Source: an uncultured delta proteobacterium
GTDB taxonomy: Bacteria > Desulfobacterota > BSN033 > UBA1163
DNA: 64,000 nt
NCBI GenBank assembly: GCA_963827685.1
Contig: CAWHBU010000003.1
Span: forward strand, 192,001-256,000
Direction: 5' to 3'
Position 1 is the first letter of the stretch. Each line of letters begins with the position of its first letter. Below, one piece after another: positions 9,562-19,097 of the stretch. The translations under genes were made by a program, and so were the position numbers. Below the pieces are notes generated by a model, which was given only the letters and a program-made list of their open reading frames with translations, was not told the DNA's origin and did not search any database.

Positions 9562-11136
9562 ATGAGATCTATCGATGCGATTCGAAAGGAGCTCGAAAAA
9601 AGAAGACGTGAAGCATCCTGGGGTGGGGGTCAAGAAAAAATCGAAAAACAACATCGCGGCGGAAAACTGACTGCCCGCGAACGCATCGATCTTCTCCTTG
9701 ACGCCGGGACCTTTGTTGAGCTGGACCGCTTTGTCACCCATCATTGCACCGATTTTGGGATGGAGAAGAAGAAGTTTTTTGGGGACGGCGTGGTAACGGG
9801 CTATGGAAAGATCGAAGGCCGTCTCGCATTCGTTTTTTCTCAAGATTTTACCGTATTCGGTGGGGCCTTGGGAATGGCTTTTGCTCAAAAGATTTGCAAA
9901 GTGATGGACCTCGCCATGAAGACAAGAGCACCACTGATCGGCCTAAACGACTCCGGAGGGGCGAGGATTCAAGAGGGCGTCGAGAGCTTGGCGGGTTATG
10001 CCTACATCTTTTTAAGGAATGTGCTTGCCTCCGGCGTCATCCCGCAAATCTCTGCCATCATGGGGCCCTGTGCAGGGGGGGCGGTTTACTCCCCTGCCAT
10101 GACCGATTTCATTCTAATGACCAAAAAGACAAGTTATATGCATATCACTGGTCCTGATGTCATCCGGGCAGCCCAGGGCAAAACAGAGGCTCCGGATGGA
10201 AAGCCTATTACCTCCGAACTCTTGGGTGGAGCAAAGGTCCATATGGAAAAAAGTGGGGTGGCCCATTTTGCAGGCGAGAATGACGAGGATACGATTCGCT
10301 TCATCAAAGAGTTGCTCCGATTCTTCCCGCAGAATAACCGTGACAAGCCGCCGATCATCGAATGTGCAGATGATCCCAATCGAATGGATGAATCGTTAAA
10401 GACCGCCGTCCCGGAAGATTCCAAAAAAGCATACGACATGAAAAAAGTGATCTTGCCCACTGTGGATGATGGCTATTTCCTTGAAGTCCAGAAAGATTGG
10501 GCCAAAAACATCATCGTCGGCTTTGCCCGCTATAACGGAATGCCCGTAGGGATCGTCGCCAATCAACCCAATTGGCTGGCCGGATCTCTTGACCCGGATT
10601 CTTCAGTGAAGGCGGGCCGATTTGTTCGTTTTTGTGACTGCTTCAACATTCCCATTGTCACCTTCGTCGATGTTCCGGGTTTCCTCCCTGGAATAGATAT
10701 GGAGGAAAGAGGAATCATTCGACACGGATCTAAACTCCTTTACGCATTTTGTGAAGCGACTGTTCCAAAGATTACGATCATTACCCGTAAAGGTTACGGG
10801 GGAGCCTATGATGTGATGTCGAGTAAACATATCCGGGGAGATATCAATTACTGTTACCCCACTGCCGAAATCGCCGTCATGGGTGCAGACGGGGCGGTGA
10901 ATATCATCTTCCGAAACGACATCAAAGAGGCGAAAGATCCGAAGGAGACGCGCCACCGGCTGGTCGCCGAATATCAAGAGAAATTTGCCAGTCCTTATAA
11001 GGCAGCAGAATTAGGGTATGTGGATGAGATCATCGAACCCGAGGAAACCCGTCCCAAAATCATCCAGGCTCTGGATATTTTGAAGACCAAAGTCGATACC
11101 AATCCCTGGCGGAAACACGGAAACATACCGCTGTAA
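9562..11136 (+). CDS. Acyl-CoA carboxyltransferase (propionyl-CoA carboxylase beta / methylmalonyl-CoA decarboxylase alpha family)
   Basis: [47 protein letters not shown]. Confidence 0.92.
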   Translation: MRSIDAIRKELEKRRREASWGGGQEKIEKQHRGGKLTARERIDLLLDAGTFVELDRFVTHHCTDFGMEKKKFFGDGVVTGYGKIEGRLAFVFSQDFTVFGGALGMAFAQKICKVMDLAMKTRAPLIGLNDSGGARIQEGVESLAGYAYIFLRNVLASGVIPQISAIMGPCAGGAVYSPAMTDFILMTKKTSYMHITGPDVIRAAQGKTEAPDGKPITSELLGGAKVHMEKSGVAHFAGENDEDTIRFIKELLRFFPQNNRDKPPIIECADDPNRMDESLKTAVPEDSKKAYDMKKVILPTVDDGYFLEVQKDWAKNIIVGFARYNGMPVGIVANQPNWLAGSLDPDSSVKAGRFVRFCDCFNIPIVTFVDVPGFLPGIDMEERGIIRHGSKLLYAFCEATVPKITIITRKGYGGAYDVMSSKHIRGDINYCYPTAEIAVMGADGAVNIIFRNDIKEAKDPKETRHRLVAEYQEKFASPYKAAELGYVDEIIEPEETRPKIIQALDILKTKVDTNPWRKHGNIPL

Positions 11137-11192
11137 CCCCCCTATCCCCCCTTTACTAAAGGGGGGTTGTGGGGATTTCGATGGAGCAAAGC

Positions 11193-12848
11193 ATGCCCAA
11201 GAACATTCGAGATGAATTTGAACGATGGGAAAAAACGACTCTTCAGAAAGCCATCTCAAAATCACCCGAACGAGAACCTTCTTTCAAAACTACTTCCCAT
11301 ATTGAATTAAAACGACTCTATACTCCCCTGGATGTCGCTGATTCGGACACCTGCGGTGGATTGGGGTTTCCCGGAGAGTTCCCTTTCACGCGAGGAGTCC
11401 AGCCGACCATGCATCGGGGGCGTCTCTGGACCATGCGCCAGTATGCAGGGTTTGCTACCCCCGAGGAGACGAATAAGCGATACAAATATCTCTTGGAACA
11501 TGGACAAACCGGGTTAAGCGTTGCCTTCGACCTTCCCACGCAGATCGGCTACGATTCCGACCACCCTTTATCCGACGGCGAAGTTGGGAAGGTCGGTGTC
11601 GCGATCGATACCCTGAAAGACATGGAGATTCTTTTTGATGGCATCCCCTTGGACAAAGTTTCCACGTCCATGACGATCAACTCCACAGCGGCCATTCTTC
11701 TCACGATGTATATGGCCGTGGCAGAAAAACAGGGGGTTAAAAGCGAAGTCCTTCAGGGGACGATCCAGAATGATATTTTGAAAGAATATGCAGCAAGAGG
11801 AACTTATATCTATCCACCCCTCGAATCGATGCGCATCGTCACTGATATCTTTGCATTTTGTAAAGACCGTCTCCCCCGATGGAATACCATCAGCATCAGC
11901 GGCTATCACATGCGTGAGGCAGGGTGCACGGCTGTCCAGGAAGTGGCTTTTACTCTGGCCGATGGCATGGCTTATGTGGAGGCAGCGATTCGGGCAGGTC
12001 TTGATGTGGATTCCTTCGCCTCCCGGCTCGCCTTCTTCTTCTGCTGCCATAACACCTTCATCGAAGAGATCGCAAAATTCAGGGCAGCCCGAAGGCTCTG
12101 GGCAAAAATCATGAAGGGACGCTTTAAAGCAAAAAGGGACGAGTCCTGCATGCTGCGGTTTCATACTCAGACGGCCGGTTGTTCCCTCACCGCTCAACAA
12201 CCCGACAACAACGTCGTGCGAGTTGCCTTCCAGGCTCTGGCTGCCGTGTTAGGAGGAACGCAGTCGCTTCACTCCAATTCCAGAGACGAAGCCTATTCCC
12301 TACCTACAGAAGACTCTGTCCGGCTTGCATTGAGAACCCAGCAGCTCATTGCCTATGAAAGCGGTGTCGCCGATATGATCGATCCCCTTGGAGGTTCTTA
12401 TGCCGTGGAGGCCCTTACGGATGAGATAGAAAAAAAGGCAATGGAATATATCGAAAAGATCGAAGCCATGGGAGGAGCTATCAAAGCCATCGAATCAGGT
12501 TATATTCAGGGAGAGATTGGTGAAAGCGCTTATCAATATCAGAAGGAAATCGAAACCAAAAAGCGGATCATTGTTGGATTGAACCAGTTTCAGATGGAAG
12601 AAGAACCTCTCAGGGATATCCTTCGTATCAAACCTGAGGTGGAACAATACCAGAAGGAAAGACTGGCCAGGGTTAAAAAAGAAAGAAACAACACGAAAGC
12701 GAAGGAGACCTTAGCTGTCCTAAAGAAGGCAGCCCAGGGAACGGACAATGTAGTGCCTCCCATTTTAGAGGCGGTCAAGGCTTATGCCACCCTGGGAGAA
12801 ATCTCAGACACCTTGAGAGAAGTATTCGGGGAGTATAGAGAAAGATGA
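11193..12848 (+). CDS. Methylmalonyl-CoA mutase large subunit
   Basis: WTMRQYAGF (Tyr), YAARGTY (Arg), [15 protein letters not shown]. Start is 11181 or 11193. Confidence 0.9.
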   Translation: MPKNIRDEFERWEKTTLQKAISKSPEREPSFKTTSHIELKRLYTPLDVADSDTCGGLGFPGEFPFTRGVQPTMHRGRLWTMRQYAGFATPEETNKRYKYLLEHGQTGLSVAFDLPTQIGYDSDHPLSDGEVGKVGVAIDTLKDMEILFDGIPLDKVSTSMTINSTAAILLTMYMAVAEKQGVKSEVLQGTIQNDILKEYAARGTYIYPPLESMRIVTDIFAFCKDRLPRWNTISISGYHMREAGCTAVQEVAFTLADGMAYVEAAIRAGLDVDSFASRLAFFFCCHNTFIEEIAKFRAARRLWAKIMKGRFKAKRDESCMLRFHTQTAGCSLTAQQPDNNVVRVAFQALAAVLGGTQSLHSNSRDEAYSLPTEDSVRLALRTQQLIAYESGVADMIDPLGGSYAVEALTDEIEKKAMEYIEKIEAMGGAIKAIESGYIQGEIGESAYQYQKEIETKKRIIVGLNQFQMEEEPLRDILRIKPEVEQYQKERLARVKKERNNTKAKETLAVLKKAAQGTDNVVPPILEAVKAYATLGEISDTLREVFGEYRER

Positions 12849-12912
12849 AAGTTCGGAGTTCGGAGCATTTGTGAGTAAAACTCCGAACTCATGACTCCTT
12901 ACTCCGAACTCT
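12849..12912. repeat. GTTCGGA/TCCGAAC heptamer inverted repeat
   Basis: aagttcggagttcggag...ctccgaactc twice. Confidence 0.7.
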
Positions 12913-12927
12913 CGACGGAGGAGAGAA

Positions 12928-13323
12928 ATGGCTCGGAAGATTCGAGTGCTCATTGCGAAGCCAGGGTTGGACGGACACGACAGGGGTGCAAAGGTGATTG
13001 CACGAGCCTTGAGAGATGCAGGGATGGAAGTGATCTATACCGGAATACGACAGACCCCTGAGCAGATTGCGAACGCTGCCATTCAGGAAGACGTCGATAT
13101 CGTAGGCCTCTCCAGTCTCTCCGGTGCCCACAACAATCTCTTCCCAAAGGTTGTTCAGATTCTCAAAGAAAAAAAGGCGGAAGATATCCTCGTTTTTGGA
13201 GGAGGAATCATCCCGGTCGATGACATTCCAGGACTGAAAGAAGCTGGAATTCGGGAGATCTTTCAGCCCGGTGCCTCCACAGAAGAAATTATTAAATATA
13301 TCAAAGAAAATGTGGAACGATGA
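12928..13323 (+). CDS. Cobalamin-binding small subunit of methylmalonyl-CoA mutase
   Basis: [23 protein letters not shown]. Confidence 0.93.
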   Translation: MARKIRVLIAKPGLDGHDRGAKVIARALRDAGMEVIYTGIRQTPEQIANAAIQEDVDIVGLSSLSGAHNNLFPKVVQILKEKKAEDILVFGGGIIPVDDIPGLKEAGIREIFQPGASTEEIIKYIKENVER

Positions 13324-13388
13324 TTTAGGGATTTAGGGATTTTGAATTCCTTAATTCCTTAATTCCTCAATTCCTTAATTCCTTAATT
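13322..13388. repeat. Octamer tandem/inverted repeat: GATTTAGG x2 facing AATTCCTT x~5
   Basis: Read directly from the sequence. Confidence 0.75.
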
Positions 13389-13405
13389 AAGTAAGGGAGG
13401 ACTGC

Positions 13406-13816
13406 ATGCTTAAGAAGATCAACCATATTGCCATCGCCGTGAACAACATCGAGGAGGCAGCCGAATTCTACCAGAACGTCCTAGGTCTTAATCTCTCAGG
13501 GGTTGAGGTGGTTGCCGCCCAAAAGACGAGGGTGGGATTTCTTAAGATTGGGGAGTCCAATATTGAATTGGTCCAGCCTGCCGAACCGGACTCTCCTCTT
13601 GTGAAATTTTTAGAGACCAAAGGCCAGGGAATCCATCACATCTGTTTTGAGGTCGATGATGTGGAAGCAGAGGTGAAGGCCTATCTCGAGAAGGGGGCGG
13701 CGCTGATTGATCAGAAACCAAGACCCGGGGCTCACAACACCAAAGTCGCTTTCATCCACCCCAAATCCTCAAATGGCGTCCTCATCGAACTTTGCGAACT
13801 TCCAAAGGGCCACTAA
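13406..13816 (+). CDS. mce: Methylmalonyl-CoA epimerase
   Basis: VOC fold: NHIAIAV, IELVQP, GIHHICFEV, GAH, FIHPK, LIELCE. Confidence 0.93.
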   Translation: MLKKINHIAIAVNNIEEAAEFYQNVLGLNLSGVEVVAAQKTRVGFLKIGESNIELVQPAEPDSPLVKFLETKGQGIHHICFEVDDVEAEVKAYLEKGAALIDQKPRPGAHNTKVAFIHPKSSNGVLIELCELPKGH

Positions 13817-14136
13817 ACTACCCTCGCCTTCAAGGCGAGGGGTTTGAAATAACAGGTCGACTTGAAGTCGACCTTGCCCGTTCTCCTTCTTTCGTCCGTC
13901 ATTCCCGCGCAAGCAGGAATCCAGTTCTTATTGGTTCCCTGCCTTCGCAGTGGCAGCGTCCTGGATTCCCGTTTTCACGGGAATGACAATGGTGATGCTA
14001 TATTGTTCAGAGGCTCATGGTCGGCTTCATCTCAATCCCATGAAGAATATATCACCAAGGGTGGCCGACCATTTCGCAAAATCTTTACTTCGCCTCAAGG
14101 CGAGGGGTTTCCACCATCCCCGATGGTGACACTAAA
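13813..14136 (-). mobile_element. Non-autonomous IS200/IS605-like element with a nested REP cluster
   Basis: Subterminal hairpin TCGCCT(T)CAAGGCGAGGGGTTT at both ends (13824-13845, 14090-14110); CACTAAA at both boundaries; no transposase ORF. Confidence 0.6.
13898..13987. repeat. GTCATTCCCG...GGAATCCAG-type REP pair (inverted)
   Basis: gtcattcccgcgcaagcaggaatccag and ctggattcccgttttcacgggaatgac; related pair at 57893-57999. Confidence 0.8.
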
Positions 14137-14267
14137 TTACTCTGTTCCCCTTTATTATAATGAAAGACTTCACTCCGAGGATCATAGTGGGATTAATTAG
14201 CGTCAGGCTGTTCTGTTAGATAGAAGCAGGTAAGAAGTCATTATTATGGATAAATCGGAGGTCTCGC

Positions 14268-15518
14268 ATGAAGGAAGAAGCGGAAAAACTGTATCAAGAA
14301 AGAGAGAAGAGATTCGATGATGTCGTGGCACTTCGCGTGCCGGACAGGGTCCCAATCATGGTGTCCTGGGGATTTCTGCCGGCCTTACAGGCTGGTATGA
14401 CTATCCAAGAGGTGATGTATGATCCCGAAAAGTTGTGGACATCGCAGTGGGACTTCACGCACAAGTTTCAACCTGACATGGAGCAGAACCCGTATGGTCT
14501 CCGGTTTCTTGGGCCTGTACTCGATGCTCTTGATTTCAAACAGTTGAAATGGGCTGGTCGCGGTCTTGGGCCAAACACATCGTATCAGTTTGTCGAAGCG
14601 GAGTACATGAAAGCGGAGGAGTACGACTGGTTCCTCGACAACCCTTCTGATTTCATCATCAGGCGCCATTTGCCCCGCATCTGCGGCCGATTAAAAGGAT
14701 TGGAGGTGCTGCCAACGCTCCACAATTTCATTACCTACTACATGGGTATCCCTTTTGGCTTAATCCCCTTCACGTCGCCAGAGGTTACGGATGCCTTGAA
14801 CGCCTTGCGGGAAGCAGGGAACGAAGCGATACGGCTCGCCTCCTATTCTCGCCGCTTTGCCGAAAAAGCAAAAGAAGAAGGCTTCCCTCTTCAATTTGGT
14901 GGAATGACACAGGCCCCCTTTGACACATTGGGTGATTTCTTGCGAGGCACAAAAGAACTGATGCTCGATTTGTACCGGAGGCCGGAGAAGGTAATCAAGA
15001 CATGTGAGAAGCTTTTGCCCTACATGTTTGACCTGGCCGTCGGACCCGCCAGGGCTTCAGGGAATCCGCGCATCTTCATACCGCTCCACAAAGGTCTCGA
15101 CGGCTTTATGTCCCTTGAGCAGTTCAATAAATTCTTCTGGCCAACTCTGCGCGAGCTGATGGTGGCCATGATTAACGAAGGTCTCGTTCCTATCCCGTTC
15201 TTTGAGGGGAACTGCGAGTCGCGCCTTGAGATCATCAAGGATATTCCTGCCGGAAAGGCCTGCTACAAATTTGAAGCCACCGATATGCTGAAGGCCAAGA
15301 AGGTGCTGAGAGACACAGTTTGCATTAGGGGAAATGTACCCCTGTCCATCTTAGCAACGGGTACACCAGATCAAGTGCGGCAGTACTGTAAGAAACTGAT
15401 CGACACGGCAGGCAAAGACGGAGGATACATCATGGATTCATCCACAGGACTCGACGATGCAAAACCGGAGAACGTAAAAGCGATGTTCCAGTTCACAAAG
15501 GAATCCGGTGTCTACTGA
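14268..15518 (+). CDS. Uroporphyrinogen decarboxylase / corrinoid methyltransferase (URO-D/CIMS) family protein
   Basis: PDRVP, PFDTLGDFLRG, FMSLEQFNKFFWP, CIRGNVP, GGYIM, AKPENV. Confidence 0.8.
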   Translation: MKEEAEKLYQEREKRFDDVVALRVPDRVPIMVSWGFLPALQAGMTIQEVMYDPEKLWTSQWDFTHKFQPDMEQNPYGLRFLGPVLDALDFKQLKWAGRGLGPNTSYQFVEAEYMKAEEYDWFLDNPSDFIIRRHLPRICGRLKGLEVLPTLHNFITYYMGIPFGLIPFTSPEVTDALNALREAGNEAIRLASYSRRFAEKAKEEGFPLQFGGMTQAPFDTLGDFLRGTKELMLDLYRRPEKVIKTCEKLLPYMFDLAVGPARASGNPRIFIPLHKGLDGFMSLEQFNKFFWPTLRELMVAMINEGLVPIPFFEGNCESRLEIIKDIPAGKACYKFEATDMLKAKKVLRDTVCIRGNVPLSILATGTPDQVRQYCKKLIDTAGKDGGYIMDSSTGLDDAKPENVKAMFQFTKESGVY

Positions 15519-15808
15519 GTCAAAAACGAGGGGGACGTAGGTTCAAAAACAACTTAAGTCCGGGGACCTAGTTGAATTCTTTCACTTATTTTTCATTTCA
15601 GAAATCTCATCCACCCTCATCTTTCAATTGTTCTGGAGCGTGCTCCTACTAAAAACGTGACCGTGTCCGTGGCGCGTGAAGGTTTATAGAAAATTAAAAT
15701 CACCCCCTCACCCTCTCCAACATGGGGAGAGGGATGTAACAGGAGTTTGTGAGGATGGCATAATCTACCAGAAAGGCAGGTATAAATCAAATCGAATCAG
15801 GACGCATA

Positions 15809-15849
15809 AAGAAGGGAGGGACCCAGGGAAACCTGGTCCCTCCCTTCTT
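15809..15849. terminator. Probable bidirectional intrinsic terminator
   Basis: AAGAAGGGAGGGAC-c-CAGG gaaa CCTG-GTCCCTCCCTTCTT between convergent genes. Confidence 0.6.
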
Positions 15850-15892
15850 AGAGAATAATTAAATGCATAACCCAGGTACGTTGGGGTCTGGG

Positions 15893-16336
15893 TTATTCCA
15901 CCTTGAATTTAACGTCTTTCAGGACTTTTCCTTCGGAGTCCCTGATTTCTACCTTCCAGTCCCCTTTTAATTCCCTTAAATTCTTATTGGCATAGGTCCT
16001 CCATCTCGGACCCATTTTAAGCGGTACGCTGAATTTCAGCATTTCTTTCTCGCCATTAAACCAGACAAAGGAAACCTCCATGTCTTTAGAGATATCGGTT
16101 GCCTCCAAGAAACAGTAGACCTTCTCTGTCGAGGCAGGAAATGTCTCCGCAACCCCTACGGGCTCACCGTTCTCCACTCCCGTTCCAACAACCAACCGTT
16201 TAACTGTGAATGGTGCCGTCTCCTTCGTAGCACCTTCTGGCTTAGCCTTTTCTTGTCCGTAGACCGGGAGGACTATCCCCCATACAGCAATGACCACTAA
16301 AACCAAAATCAATATTCCTGTTCCATGTTTCTTCAT
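15893..16336 (-). CDS. Exported DUF2914-like protein
   Basis: Signal peptide; EPVG, VYCF, W, RWRTY, GDWKVEI pattern. Confidence 0.7.
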   Translation of the reverse strand: MKKHGTGILILVLVVIAVWGIVLPVYGQEKAKPEGATKETAPFTVKRLVVGTGVENGEPVGVAETFPASTEKVYCFLEATDISKDMEVSFVWFNGEKEMLKFSVPLKMGPRWRTYANKNLRELKGDWKVEIRDSEGKVLKDVKFKVE

Positions 16337-16403
16337 CTTTATCTCCTTTCGTTAGAGGTTAGTTTGTAAGCCACCTGCCGATTGAATGTAAGGTTAAGGT
16401 GCA

Positions 16404-16979
16404 TCAGGGGATCAGGGAATAGACCTGTGCCTTCTTCGTCCACTCGCTACTTGCATAATCCTTTTGAAGGACTTCCAACCCTAATTTCAGTTCTTTTGGA
16501 TCGTGGCTTGCTTTATATTTTGAAACTCCTAAATAGTACTGAGCCTCAGGTGCTGCGTCTGCCTTAGGAAACCGAACCAGAATCTCTTGGAAGCACTGTA
16601 TAGCTTCTTCAAAGCGATCAAGATCGAATTCAACTTTGCCCTTGCCGAGGATGATCTGGGCAATGAAATCCTCAGGAGGCAAATACCCGACAAAACGATG
16701 GTGTTCCTCCCCATCCGAATCCAAGATGATGATGGTAGGGGTCCACTTAACGGCATAGCGCTTGACCAGAGCCTTGTTTTTGTTGAAATCAATTTGAAGG
16801 GGAATGAAGTTATTCTCTACAGAGAAACAGACATTGGGATCGGGATAAGTAACAGCTGCCAGCTGTTGGCATCCAATTCAGAGATTGTTATAGAAGTCAA
16901 TCAGGATTAACTTCTTCCCTTTCTTTGCCTTTGCCTTGGTCGTGGTGAGAGAAGTCTCCCACTGAATTTGTTTTCCCAT
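16404..16979 (-). CDS. Thioredoxin-fold selenoprotein (UxxC) with C-terminal TPR
   Basis: AGGAGG RBS, ATG 16979, MGKQIQW...LILIDFYNNL-U-IGC. In-frame TGA at 16878-16880, then the frame joins the 16404..16724 ORF. WTPT cis-Pro motif; SECIS-like hairpin just downstream. Confidence 0.85.
16843..16877 (-). promoter_or_regulatory. Putative bacterial SECIS element
   Basis: After UGA: auu-GGAU-gcc-AACAGC-UGGCA-GCUGUU-acuu-AUCC; apical loop starts ~16 nt after UGA and contains G. Confidence 0.65.
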
Positions 16980-17020
16980 AACGAGCCCTCCTTTCGTTGA
17001 ATTTGGTTTTCAAGAAGAAG

Positions 17021-17108
17021 TGTAGGGTGCGTTCCCCGAACGCACCGTTCAAAGGCGTGCCCTGCACCATATTAGGTACAGGGCGTGATCAGGGGATCAC
17101 GCCCTACA
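17021..17108. repeat. GTAG-type REP doublet (REPIN-like)
   Basis: TGTAGGGTGCGTTCCCCGAACGCACC ... GGGCGTGATCAGGGGATCACGCCCTACA. Confidence 0.7.
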
Positions 17109-17146
17109 AAGTTGGTCGGGATGATCTCGAATCCGATATTCGAGAA

Positions 17147-17341
17147 TCAATCCCTGACGAATCTAAAACAATCTTCCCGGAAGCAACATTGGAATTGATC
17201 GCAATACTCCTTAGCCGTCCCGAAACAGTCAAAATTCCCTTCGGCCTTCTGAATGCCTCGAATCAATTCTGCCTTGGATAATCCAAAGGTGTTTTTCAGT
17301 CCTAAGGCCTTTGCCTTGGCTTTTACTTCCTTTATTTTCAT
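17147..17341 (-). CDS. Small SAP/Rho-N-like domain protein with Cys cluster
   Basis: KAELIRGIQKAEGNFDCF...CDQFQCCFREDC. Confidence 0.7.
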   Translation of the reverse strand: MKIKEVKAKAKALGLKNTFGLSKAELIRGIQKAEGNFDCFGTAKEYCDQFQCCFREDCFRFVRD

Positions 17342-17779
17342 TTCGACCCCCACCGTTTGAAAACCTTTGAAACATCAAAAGTGACACCTAATATTCTTTT
17401 CCGATTCTGGTCATTTGTCAAGTCAAATTCGGTCGCCTAAACGCTGAAATATCTGAAAGTTGAGTCTGCACCTTTTTAGTTGGAACTTGGAGAATAGGCC
17501 TAGCGGGAACTTGAGACGTAAATTTATTTTCTAATCAATAAGTTATAAGTACTTTTTTCTTTTGTCCGCTCTTATCGAAAAATACCCTTGGGGGTGCAAC
17601 CCCAGAATACAATTTTTCAGGTGATAATCGACGAAACAAGATTACGAATACCTGGGGACCTTTTGGGGGACCCTTTTGTTGACGCCTAAAACAAATTATG
17701 GTAAAGTTGTAAGTGTCGGGTGGATAATTCCCATTTGCTCTAAGCGACTGGCACAATGTAAGAAGTTTGGAATTCTTAT

Positions 17780-18079
17780 ATGAAAAGAAGCCCCATCCAA
17801 ATTTTTCTGGTTATAGCAGTTTCTGTTTTTATTCTGGTATTCCCGGCCTATTTCTGTTGTTCTAATTTAGCAGGAGTTAAACTTCTTTCTAACGACCTGA
17901 GTTTTGAGAGTCCCGATCAAGATGATATATTTTCCTGTCAGAATAATCAATCGAAAGCATTCGTTTCAAGTGTCTTTACCATTAAATTGCTTCCGGAAGC
18001 CATTCTCTTCAACCAGACCTCTCGCTTCTTGCTCTTAGGTTCTTTTCCCGATCACAAAGCCTCGATACTTCGTTGTTAA
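17780..18079 (+). CDS. Hypothetical protein with N-terminal hydrophobic segment
   Basis: ORF upstream of the tat genes; TTGACG-N17-TAAAGT promoter-like motif near 17680-17707. Confidence 0.45.
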   Translation: MKRSPIQIFLVIAVSVFILVFPAYFCCSNLAGVKLLSNDLSFESPDQDDIFSCQNNQSKAFVSSVFTIKLLPEAILFNQTSRFLLLGSFPDHKASILRC

Positions 18080-18226
18080 GAAGATTGGTCACCTTCGATT
18101 CCTAAGCAACCTTTCATGCCCTAATCCGTTCGGGGAGGGGAAAGGCATGACAGGGGTCATATCTTACAACTTTATGTAAAGTGTGCTTAGATTTACTTAC
18201 TTTAGATGATCTAAAGGAGGAAAAAA

Positions 18227-18421
18227 ATGGGAAGCCTTGGAATGCCGGAGTTGATAGTCATCTTAATCATTGCTCTAATCGTTTTCGGTGCTGGCAAGCT
18301 TCCTCAGATTGGGGAAAACCTGGGGAAAGCGATCCGAAACTTCAAAAGTGCGACCGAGAAAGAAAAGATCGACGTGACTCCCAAGAAACCTGAAGAGATT
18401 TCAGGAGAGGGTAAACAGTAG
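18227..18421 (+). CDS. tatA: Twin-arginine translocase TatA
   Basis: [19 protein letters not shown]...LGKAIRNFK. Confidence 0.92.
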   Translation: MGSLGMPELIVILIIALIVFGAGKLPQIGENLGKAIRNFKSATEKEKIDVTPKKPEEISGEGKQ

Positions 18422-18482
18422 AAGGTTTTTTTATCCTTCGTGATTTGAATTGTTACTCTTGGAAATTTCAGAAGGAGGTTTT

Positions 18483-18671
18483 ATGCTTGCAGGGCCGGAT
18501 TTGCTGGTTATTTTAGTGATTGCTTTGGTCATTTTTGGTGGCAATAGAATTTCTGAGCTTGGTGCAGGTCTTGGGAAAGGGATTCGAAACTTCAAGAAGG
18601 GTCTTCAAGAAGACGATGCCGAGGCCACACCGAAGAAATTAGAAGACAATTCGAGAAAAAGTAAACAGTAG
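18483..18671 (+). CDS. tatA: Twin-arginine translocase TatA paralog
   Basis: [30 protein letters not shown]; GGAGG RBS. Confidence 0.88.
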   Translation: MLAGPDLLVILVIALVIFGGNRISELGAGLGKGIRNFKKGLQEDDAEATPKKLEDNSRKSKQ

Positions 18672-18734
18672 AAGGTTTCTTGTATCCTTCGTGATTTGAA
18701 TTGTTTCTTTTGGAAATCTTGGCAGGGAGGGTTT

Positions 18735-19094
18735 ATGCTTGCAGGACCGGATTTGCTTGTTATCCTGGTGATTGCTCTGATTGTCTTTGGGCCCAAAAAA
18801 CTTCCGGAATTAGCCAGGACCATTGGCAAGGCGATGGGGGAGCTTAAGAAGACAACGGAAGAGGTGAAGGAGAGTATCGGAATTAAAGATTTGGAAAGGA
18901 TGAGAAGCAACTTGACCGGAATGGATCTTCTGGCTGATTTGGCTGAAAAAACATCCGAATACATGACTCTTTCCGACAGTACCAAAGACGCATCGTTGCC
19001 CAAAGAGGAGCCTGTCTCTGAGAAGACATTACCTTTAGCTTCCGTGTCCGTTGGAAATGGGAAAGAGGAAAAGAATCAGAAATCGGGGGGCTAA
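18735..19094 (+). CDS. tatB: Twin-arginine translocase TatB-like
   Basis: ALIVFGPKKLPELARTIGKAMGELKK with long C-terminal tail. Confidence 0.8.
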   Translation: MLAGPDLLVILVIALIVFGPKKLPELARTIGKAMGELKKTTEEVKESIGIKDLERMRSNLTGMDLLADLAEKTSEYMTLSDSTKDASLPKEEPVSEKTLPLASVSVGNGKEEKNQKSGG

Positions 19095-19097
19095 AGG

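Noticed and set aside
13862-14200. 112-aa ORF as a transposase
   Set aside because: Translation is REP-derived (VIPAQAGIQ, LDSRFHGND) with no HUH/Y1 motif.
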